Of a stretch of 64,000 bases of DNA, positions 30,501 to 40,126 are shown piece by piece; the stretch's first letter is position 1, and each line of letters begins with the position of its first letter. Location: assembly GCA_000165345.1 (NCBI GenBank), contig CM000431.1, forward strand, positions 736,001 to 800,000. Reading direction: 5' to 3'. The position numbers and the translations under genes were made by a program. Below the pieces are notes generated by a model. The model saw nothing but the letters and a program-made list of their open reading frames with translations, made no database searches and was not told the DNA's origin.

Positions 30501-30668
30501 TTTAACATATACATAGCTTAATCCTGCCCAAATAGTTATGTCTTTCTAGTTATTTCTTTCAATTGCAGCACACTTGACTTAGAAGATATTGTAAATGACT
30601 GTGTTGTAATATTCCATTAGTATTTAAATGATATTTTATTTTTTACAGTGTTTATAATGCGTAAATAA

Positions 30669-31628
30669 TCAATTATCAACAAAGCAGTTTCCCTGACTAT
30701 ATTTTAGGCTAACGTGATCGCTATACTCGCACGGAGTACAGGAAGAAAATATGCTATTTGTAAGCAGGTTTCCTTTATTGGGGTAAGCTTTATTATCTTT
30801 TAAGTTATGCTCAAAACATTCTTCAATACAGAAGCACTCTCTTTCAGAATTTTCTGGAAAGAAATCTTTAAATTCATTACTTTGATTCTCACTATGCTTT
30901 ATGAAATAATTCTCATCAATTATTTCTCGAGAAAGCGTGTTGTCAACAATTTTATGGAATGAATTGGACTCAATGTTATCGTATCTTTCTTCAAACTCTA
31001 TCTCTTGATGACTATTCCCTAAACAGTTACAAGTCAGTTTATTTGGTTCATTAAAAATAGGTGATTCAACAGTTTTTTCAACATACCTCCTTGGTCCATA
31101 AGAACTTGAAGAAGGCAATACGGAACGTCTATTAGAAGGATATTCAGCCTGAATAGTGCAGAAAGAAGCAGATGAGCCCGAACAAATAGGTGTAATACAA
31201 TTCCCTGCTAACGTTGGGTGTCTTAAATTTCCTTTAACTGAGCCATCAGCATTTATTGAACCTTGTAAATTTGGGCTTACTCCTATGTTGCTGCTTGCAC
31301 TGTAAAATTGATTATATTGGGGTTTTTGATTATTTGCGTTGTACGAGTATGCATTGTTATTATTATACTTTCTTTTGCTATATTTAGCTTTTTTCATTCT
31401 TCTTTTTTGTGATATACATCTTCCAGTAAGGAAAAAAGCTCTGCATGGATAAATACAGCACTTAAGACACGGAACCAAACATCCATACACAGGGTTTATA
31501 TCCTTAAATTCATCCCCATCTACTCCTTCAAATTCAAGTTGATCTTTTTTCACATTCTCCTTCCTGCACCCTCTAGGACTAATATTTTGACAAAACCTAC
31601 GTTCCTCTTCTTCACGTCTGATTGACAT
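30669..31628 (-). CDS. Cys-rich hypothetical protein (319 aa)
   Basis: ATG confirmed. A cysteine cluster GCLVPCLKCCIYPCRAFFLTGRC is present. A basic stretch and a poly-N stretch are also present. No family is recognised. Confidence 0.5.
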   Translation of the reverse strand: MSIRREEEERRFCQNISPRGCRKENVKKDQLEFEGVDGDEFKDINPVYGCLVPCLKCCIYPCRAFFLTGRCISQKRRMKKAKYSKRKYNNNNAYSYNANNQKPQYNQFYSASSNIGVSPNLQGSINADGSVKGNLRHPTLAGNCITPICSGSSASFCTIQAEYPSNRRSVLPSSSSYGPRRYVEKTVESPIFNEPNKLTCNCLGNSHQEIEFEERYDNIESNSFHKIVDNTLSREIIDENYFIKHSENQSNEFKDFFPENSERECFCIEECFEHNLKDNKAYPNKGNLLTNSIFSSCTPCEYSDHVSLKYSQGNCFVDN

Positions 31629-31861
31629 ATTTTTTCAAGTAGACAAAAATAAAAGAATAAAATTCAATTAAGCTAAGAGATAATTAAACTTTTGTAGAGG
31701 TCTACCTAGTCCCATTTTTCTAAAATTGTTTTGTAGAATTATTATAACAAAGTTTCCAAAGTGCCCGGACCTCTGGTTTGAATAAGCTGGAGTAATGATG
31801 GATGCAAATATAATATATTTGTCTATAATTGGAACATTTAAAGAATTAAATATTTGACTAT

Positions 31862-34800
31862 TTATTCGTCTTCGTCGTCATCTTCAATATCATCATCATC
31901 ACCCTCACCGCTATTAGAGTTTAGCCCAATTTCTTGGTTTATTAGGCCGGGAATCATCCACTGCTTGCTGTTTTCAATTTCAATTGCACGTTTTAATGCA
32001 ATACTTTTTTCTATTTCAAACATTTGTTTGCTCTCCTCATTAGTGAATTCCTTAATTTGAATAAGGAAATCATGTACAAGTCTTTGAAAGTCAGAGATGG
32101 TTTTGCTATGAACACTATTGAAAAGTTCAAGTACAAAGACTTCAACTTGCTCTTTTTGGACGGTAATGAACGATTTGATGAGTAAGTCTGCAATATACTC
32201 CATAACTCCTACTTTTGAAATTTTACATGTGGTTCCTTGGCAAGAATCGCATATTAATGAAGAGTTAGAAGCTATATTTGTTTGCTTATTGCCTTGATTT
32301 CCTTCAAATAGAGAGAATTCTGAGATTTTAATCAGCTCATAAAGTACCATTGTTTGGTACTGAAAACCCGATGTATGTAATGTATCTGTCAATACACAAA
32401 ATATCTCCCTAATTATTGACAAGTAGAATGCATGGCAAAATTGAAAAAGTGTATTGCTTTGAGCGCATGAACTCTGAATACCGTTATTCTTCGAGCTATT
32501 ATGATTAATCAAATTAATTAAAAAGTTGTACAATACAATTAATCCTTTTTCCGCCATATTTGGTTGTTCATGTCTAATAGCCCAAATAATACTCTCAATA
32601 TAAAGCGTTAATATATTTCCTGGCAAGTTGAATAATTGCAAGAAGCAAAATTCATTACAATCAGCCAGGAAAGAATAAAAAAACTCTCTATGGTCTGGGT
32701 ATGCATGAAAATTGTCCTTAATCATGGATAAAGTGGATTCGAAGAGATGGTAAATGATAGCATTAAACAAATCATTATTCGCTTTAACAATATCATTTAA
32801 ACGCACGATAATTGTACTCGATAAAATAAGTACTTGAGATTCCTTAATCTCAGAAATGCATGCATGGTAATCTTCTAAAACTGGAATAATAATTGGATGT
32901 ATAATATATTGCAGCATTTCTGTCCCTGTGATATTGTGATACAAAATCGATTGTATATCTGTTATATATCCAGAAAGATTCTTGTTTTCGCTTAACTTGA
33001 GTTTTTTTCTAGGTGCGATAAAAGAAATAAAAGAGTTAATTAATTTAATTATTTCTTTTTTGGAAATTCTTAATTGCTTAATATGAGCATGGGAAATAAT
33101 TACAATCCCTTTTCGCTGAACTTCTCCAGCTATGAAATTAGAATATAATTTATAAAGCTCAACTAAGAACGAACTTCTTTCAATAAGTACACGGGCAAAT
33201 CCAACTCCACAGCTAGATGCAATTGTTTCCATAATGCGTACAATAATAATCAATTTTTGTGAACATTCCATCGAACACAATTCATTTATTATACCTTGGT
33301 TATCAGGATTAGATCTCAATTCAACCAATCTGGAGATAATGTCCTTCCAATATAAACTATCAAAAATGAGTAGTAATTCAGTTACGTACAGATACTGCTC
33401 ATCAACATCCTTTAGAGAAGAGATAGTTAATGAGATTCCCTGTATTAGAATAAGTATTTGTTTGTCATCAAGATGCTGTTTTAGCTCGTGAGAATAACCT
33501 ATCATATACTTTAAAAACTTAATTTCTTGTGAACCGCCGTCAATAATTTCTGGCAGCATTTGATTACTTGAACTTCTATTATTTCCATCAATAAAATTAT
33601 TCGAACTCATTGATTTTTTACATTTAGTTGCAATTTTCAAAAATGCTTCACATGCCATATCTTTTACCCCAGGAAATGTTTCATGCATAAACTCAAACAG
33701 CTTGTTGATTACAGTTTGAAGAAATTTCCAATGGTCTCTGAGAAACCTTGGATACTGCCCTACTACATACATAACACAACTAGCAACGGCTGCTTTATTG
33801 GCCTTACCTCTTTTTCTTTCGCAAAGCATCAACAAAGATTTAATGACTTCTATTATTAGTCTCCTTTCAATGTTTTTGCTCAAACTTCCGCTAATACTAC
33901 CAACAGCCCAGCACAATCTATTAAGTTTTATAGGATTCCATTGATTGCCAGAAGAAGAATTACAAGTACAAATAATTCCACAATTAATGCAAACAACATC
34001 GAATTCTTCTTGAAGTAATTGCAAAATGATCTTTTCCATATAATTTTGGCCTAGGTTACTTAAATAAATTAATATCTCACGCAAGGACTTATATAAAGAT
34101 ATTTCATCTGTATCTGGAATATTTTCTCTGGTCACTTCGCCTGTTTCTGGATCAATAGCAATGTAAACTTCTTGTGGTTTTGCCATCCTACATATTACCA
34201 TTTTTCTGACATCACATAATAATGACTGATAGTGGACTAATCTAGAACTGTATTCTTCAGGATTGTTAAATGGGTTCTCTTGTCTGTGAGGATCAGAATT
34301 ATCAATATTTCCAAAAGTATCGTTTTTCAATAGAAACAAGGGCGATGATTTTGCTTGAGAGTTCATCATTGAGCTGTCATTTGACTTCTTCTTTGAATTA
34401 TCTAAAACATCATAGACCAGCTGTTGAGTGAAATGAAGCCAAAAGTCGACGCAAACTTTAAAAATCTCATCATTTTGAATGTAACTAATATTTACCATAC
34501 GTTCTAGAGCAAAATCCATTCCTTGTATGGTCTCTGGATACTTTTCACAAATCGATAGTCTATGAGTTTTAATGAAACTAGAAAGCAAGAGTGCGATATA
34601 GTTAAAGTATCTCTCATAGTACAATCTTGTGCTTGTGGAAACATTTGGCATACTATCATACTGCGCATATTCATTCGGGACCTCTTTAATGCGATTGACA
34701 ATTGAAAGCCATATTTGAACCATTTGATCTTCTATCTGTTTGTTCAAACCTCCATTGCTATCTTTTGTATTTTCATCAAATTTCAGAGGAGAAATTTCAG

Positions 34801-35662
34801 TTAAGCATTTAATTGACTCGAGTCTAAAGGAGGGATTTCCCCAAAAGTGGTCCAAAAGGAACTGAAGAAGGTTGTAAATAATATTGTTATTACCATTTGA
34901 AGCTATTGAATGAGGTAGCTGAGGCCTCAAATCGCATTCTAATATATAATTTAGCGGAATCCATTTTAAATAATGGCACAGGCACTGGAGTGACGAAACA
35001 ACTAAGTTAACCTTAATATTTTGTGGGTTTTCTAAATAAGAAGTTAATACAAACAATATTAGCGACAAAATTTGAGGGAATTGTTGATTTAATATGTCCA
35101 TCAATTTTTCAACTTTCTTTGAAACCATTTGATCCTCACCAAAATCGAATACTTCCTCGCTTAAAAGTCTCAATAATTTCATTGTATTTTCACAAATATA
35201 TTGATTTGTTTTGGCTGCATTGCATATTTCCGTAATAAAATTTTCCCAATTATCAGGCCACTCTTGTTTAACAATCATAATCAAAGTTTCATTAGTTTTG
35301 TTTAAAAAATGTTTATTTTCATTGAGAATTTTTTCGTCTTGGCAAAGCTCAATACATAATTCAGTAATGTACTGCTTTATGCCAGTCTTTTGGTCAAACG
35401 GCAAAATCTTCCATTGAAATTGAATGCATTTCTCTAAAATACTAAGTGCAAAAAATTTAGTATTATAGTCACTACTTAGCTGCAAAATATTGCCAACTAT
35501 TCTCCAAGAATCGGTTTTTTGCTTTAGTTCGCTTAAAATCTTATCTGCAATTATTCTGTCACCTGGGCGTAATCCATACATAACACCTACTAGTTCATCT
35601 AGCATCTCAACCTTCTGAAGATCATAAGGCTGAGATAAATCCAATAACAGGGAGATATCCAT
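31862..35662 (-). CDS. XPO1: Exportin-1 (CRM1)
   Basis: [55 protein letters not shown] and [11 protein letters not shown] match conserved CRM1 blocks from memory (human [62 protein letters not shown]). The ATG is confirmed. The C-terminus is acidic. Confidence 0.9.
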   Translation of the reverse strand: [1266 protein letters not shown]

Positions 35663-35979
35663 TATTGCTAGTTATGTTTCGTACTCGATGTTGTTAGTAC
35701 CTTATAGATTAACTTCATTAATGCGTCTTGGCAAACTAAAAAGTTGTCCTGAATTTCAATTTTAGGTAGTTCAATGTAATTTGTACACTAATGATTACCT
35801 TAAAATACGTACAATACGACCTATACAATTTTAATTTGCTTGTCTAATAAAAAAGTGAGTACTTTTTAAGAGCCAAAAACTTGTATACCGCCAAATTTAT
35901 ACTTAATGAAAGCAAGTCCATTTGATGATCGCATTTTAACCAATTAATTTAGATTTAAAGATATGTAGCGAAACAGAAT

Positions 35980-37449
35980 ATGAATCTTAGTGAAATGGAA
36001 AATATACATATTTTTTCGGGTGATATACCGGCAATTGTTTGTACGTACTTCAATAAAATCTATTTAAATAATAATTATATGTGCGACGTTAAATCTAATG
36101 AATCTAATAAAAGCCAGCAAAGTAGTATCAAACCAGGATCAATTGCCATTTTTGACTCAAGCTACAGTCGAAATAATCTTTTTAAGTTTGAAGATGAGCT
36201 TTGTAATTATTTGGGCATTGAAAATTTAATTCAAAACAATACTTTGTATTGCGCAAATGATAAAAATCAAACTTCTGTTGCAAATAAAGGGAATTTGATT
36301 GAACAACCACCTTGGAATGGGGAAATCAATGTATTTGAACAAAGAAATAATGATAGAATTTATTTAAATAAATTGAATAGCCTATTGTTTTTAAAAAGGT
36401 TAATAGGAGAGAAAAATGTTCACAATGCAGCGATTAATAGGAAAAAGTGCTCAGACTCAAGTTTCATGCCAGGATTATTAAAAAATTCCTATGGATTAAG
36501 TGGTATAAATTTAGATCTTGAAAGAGATGAAGTATTGGAGATTGTTCGTCATAAACTCGAAAACTCTGATCAAAATAGAATTATTCACTTGTCTACTGAA
36601 GTAGACTCTATATTTAGTAATATTTCAAACGAAATACTAGAGTTTTTAGACGAAGAAGCACCTCATGCATATAAGCCATCGCTTTCACTATTAATGAATG
36701 AGGATTCAATTACAAAAACTAATAATTTTAATCTTATTAAAATATCGAATTTTGCAAACACAAGATTCCTATTGGATCAAAGTAACTTTTGCAACGATAT
36801 TTGGTTGATGGACTTAAAATACATTGAAAGTTTGGGAAATGGAAATTTGAATAGCAATTTTAACCCTTTGGCTGCATTAGCATTTGCTGTATATCAAACT
36901 AGTATTACAGCAGGCGATATTAACAGTATATATGCGAATCCACTTAGTATATTAGGAAGAGCTGTAAACCATCCATTCAGAAATATTGCGATTTTTGATC
37001 AAAGTAAAGCCAGTAATATCAGAGATAATACTAGTTTTTTTGTGGATGAAAATTTTGAGTCTCTTTGTTCGAAATATTTTTTGGACATTTGCCAGAGCGA
37101 ATATTTTGGTTTGGAATTACTTGATAAATCAGAAGTTATTTCCATTATAAATGAAAATTCTTGCATTCTTGGAAAAGGAGCTGAACAAATAATTGATTAT
37201 TTGAACAAAAACACCCACAAAGTTATTCCTAATTACAGTAATTCGACTACAAACAATATGTTTCCAATTAGTATACTTCACACCATTTATAGCATAAAAA
37301 ATTGCAAGCTTATTAATAGCTTGTTTAAGAGTATATTAGGATGTAAAAGTGATTCTAAATTCCTAAATATGACGAGAGATTATTACAACTTGGAGTTAGT
37401 TGAAATCAATGAAATTTTTGAATCTGTATCGACTTTGTTAGACACCTGA
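35980..37449 (+). CDS. Hypothetical protein (489 aa)
   Basis: Uninterrupted ORF with ATG confirmed. No motif recognised. Its 3' end overlaps the convergent SMU1-like gene by 67 bp. Confidence 0.5.
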   Translation: MNLSEMENIHIFSGDIPAIVCTYFNKIYLNNNYMCDVKSNESNKSQQSSIKPGSIAIFDSSYSRNNLFKFEDELCNYLGIENLIQNNTLYCANDKNQTSVANKGNLIEQPPWNGEINVFEQRNNDRIYLNKLNSLLFLKRLIGEKNVHNAAINRKKCSDSSFMPGLLKNSYGLSGINLDLERDEVLEIVRHKLENSDQNRIIHLSTEVDSIFSNISNEILEFLDEEAPHAYKPSLSLLMNEDSITKTNNFNLIKISNFANTRFLLDQSNFCNDIWLMDLKYIESLGNGNLNSNFNPLAALAFAVYQTSITAGDINSIYANPLSILGRAVNHPFRNIAIFDQSKASNIRDNTSFFVDENFESLCSKYFLDICQSEYFGLELLDKSEVISIINENSCILGKGAEQIIDYLNKNTHKVIPNYSNSTTNNMFPISILHTIYSIKNCKLINSLFKSILGCKSDSKFLNMTRDYYNLELVEINEIFESVSTLLDT

Positions 37450-39170
37450 TTGCTGTAATATAATTTAATTAATTTATTTTTAGCAGTAATAACAATATTT
37501 CCACTGATTTGGTCCATAAGAATTTGCTCATTTTCACATGGATTTTCAATATTTATCTCTTCGTATTTAATGTTCTGATTTATAATATCGTAAATTGCTA
37601 TTTTAGAATTCTTCAGCAAACAAATAATAATGCTCATTTTTGAGTTAAATGTAGAAAAAAGCAAACTTTTCATTACATTTTCCCCAATTGGTAGGCTTGT
37701 TGTTTCTCCATTAGAAATATCAACCAAATACATCCCTGATTTTGATCTGATAAAGAACGAATCAAATGTTTGAATGTTTTTTTTTAACTTTCTATCTTTT
37801 TGGATTGAAAATAAAAGATCATAGTTATTAACCAGTGTTAATTCTAATATTTGCGAGGAACATATATCATACGTTGCTATACAGCTGCTAGACTTAATAT
37901 CCCAAATATTAATACTACCATTACTTAGTGCACTTATTACCATTGTTTCTGAATTATTATAGGAAACTTTGTTTACAAAGAATTCACTTTTTTTTGGAAA
38001 GTACTTGATTGTACGCACCGATTTTAAACCATGAATTTTTATGATACCTTCAATTGATGAGGAAAGTATACAGGTTGCATCTTTGTTAAATACAAAATCA
38101 GTTATATAACTTTCATATGCATTAACACAAAAAATAAAATTCGAGTTTGAATAGTCCCAAACCTTTATATCTGCTTTCTCGCTCGTACTAGCAATTATGA
38201 TACGATCAGAGTTATGATCATTTTCAAATTTATTTCCAAAACTAACTTGATTTTTAATGCAAGTTGCAGATAAACCCAATACTTTAACTTCCTCTTCGCA
38301 ATGTGAGTATATATTTTTCGAATTTACGTTTTTATTTGTAAAACCGTACAGATTAGCATTTCCAATAATAATATACCCTTTTGAAGTTGCAAATATATGT
38401 TCTCCAGAGGGAGTGAATGTAATGCAGCACAGATCTCCAAATTGTTCTGTATTAATGATAGTAGAAGAGCTTTTAAACAGTTTGAATTCTTTCGTCTCAT
38501 TAAATTGCAGTTGTTTTCGGCCGCATGTAAAATTATTTTCATTATGATCAAACCCTAAGTTCTCACATGCTTCCTCATTGTCTAATTCTAAGGTACTTTT
38601 ATATTTCAAGGAATCCCCTATAACTTCTAATAACAACGATTTTCTAACTTCTATGAAATTCTCTGTAATTAATTTAGACAATCTTTCTCTAGATTTTTCT
38701 TTACTTTCTCCTTCTAAATAGCTATTTTTGACAAATGTTAAAATTGAGGAATAGTTTAATTCAACTGAATTATTCTTTACATTTGAAATTATATTTTTTG
38801 ATTTTTCAATTATCTCGAGCAGAGTGTTATATTTTTCATCAAATTGGTTATGCAAAAATAGTGATTTGTTATTTTCTATCAAATATTGAGCAACAAATGG
38901 TTCTTTTAACTCTAACAATTCCAGAGCAATGTGCTCAAAGAGAATTATTTGTAAATTTGCTGGAATTTTGATATATTTTAATACTTCAATTAGCTCATTC
39001 CAATGCCCTTTAGAAATTATTGTTCTTATTTCATCAACACTTTCAATCCAATTTAGGCTAACACCACTTTCATATGATAGAGTAGAATAGCTTTCTAACA
39101 AGCCACTTTCCAACAAAAATTGGAGGATTAACTTGAGCACATTTACGTTTGAAAAGTTAACGTGATCCAT
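37383..39170 (-). CDS. SMU1: WD40-repeat protein with N-terminal LisH/CTLH domain (SMU1-like)
   Basis: The N-terminus VNVLKLILQFLLESGLLESYSTLSYESGVSLNW...KGHWNELIEVLKYIKIP...HIALELLELKE parallels human SMU1 [32 protein letters not shown]...SGHWDTVLQAIQSLKLP...QVVLELIELRE. The C-terminal half has WD repeats (IKVWDYSN, INIWDIKS). Confidence 0.7.
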   Translation of the reverse strand: MDHVNFSNVNVLKLILQFLLESGLLESYSTLSYESGVSLNWIESVDEIRTIISKGHWNELIEVLKYIKIPANLQIILFEHIALELLELKEPFVAQYLIENNKSLFLHNQFDEKYNTLLEIIEKSKNIISNVKNNSVELNYSSILTFVKNSYLEGESKEKSRERLSKLITENFIEVRKSLLLEVIGDSLKYKSTLELDNEEACENLGFDHNENNFTCGRKQLQFNETKEFKLFKSSSTIINTEQFGDLCCITFTPSGEHIFATSKGYIIIGNANLYGFTNKNVNSKNIYSHCEEEVKVLGLSATCIKNQVSFGNKFENDHNSDRIIIASTSEKADIKVWDYSNSNFIFCVNAYESYITDFVFNKDATCILSSSIEGIIKIHGLKSVRTIKYFPKKSEFFVNKVSYNNSETMVISALSNGSINIWDIKSSSCIATYDICSSQILELTLVNNYDLLFSIQKDRKLKKNIQTFDSFFIRSKSGMYLVDISNGETTSLPIGENVMKSLLFSTFNSKMSIIICLLKNSKIAIYDIINQNIKYEEINIENPCENEQILMDQISGNIVITAKNKLIKLYYSNQVSNKVDTDSKISLISTNSKL

Positions 39171-40126
39171 AAAATAATAATTTTAACAATTTTTAGGCGC
39201 AAATAAAAACGCTAGTTAAAAATTCTAACAAAATTAGAAGTATTGCAAAAAAAAGTTTAGAGCATCAAAAATAAATATTACGAAATTTCTTGAATATAGT
39301 GCTTGAAAAATGATCCCAATGAACTTTCAAATAATTGATTATCTATTAAAGACCCGTAATTATATTCGGGGGATTTTATAACATTTTCTAGATAAATGGT
39401 AGAGTATAGTTGCCTGAAATGATATTAATTAAAATTTACTTAATATTTTAAATGATTAATTACCTCAGCAGCTCATTTCCGTAGTGAATTGATGGATGCA
39501 CCATCAAAATAAACTAAATTTTTAATTAAAATAATCACTAAATAGTTTTAACTAACCTTGTGCCCTGAAAGAGTTTCAAAACAATACAGCTTGTATAGTT
39601 CCGTGGTATAGGAAATAAATCTAAAGTGTTTAATAATAAACATTTTCTTTGCAAATTTTTGAGATAAATTTACCCGTCCTTATCATTGGTAATGTTTGGA
39701 ATAAGCCTTTTACAAAAAGACTTCATTGAGAATAAAAGTCCATTAAGTAGACGAATATGCCTATAGTATTTCTTTGAACTGTGCCTTTTTGGAACACCTT
39801 GTGTTTCGCAAAATTCATCTTTATGTGAAGATTTGGAAAGAAAGTTCCTGCGATTTTTGTATTTAGTATTAAAAATATGTGAAACTAAAGCTTAACTAAC
39901 CTCCAGTAATTTGATGCTTCTGCTTCAGCAATATTTACATGAAATACACATGTTTGTCTATGGAATATCGTCAAGCTATATATTAATAATTCAACGGATT
40001 CTTTTGCACGCATTAAGCCAATTTTTTCTTCTTTTTAAAGTTAGTGGAAACGGCGGTAACATGATTCCGTAAAGTGTGCATATTCTTTAAGTTGAATGAA
40101 ATAATTAGTAAAATTGTTGAATATTA

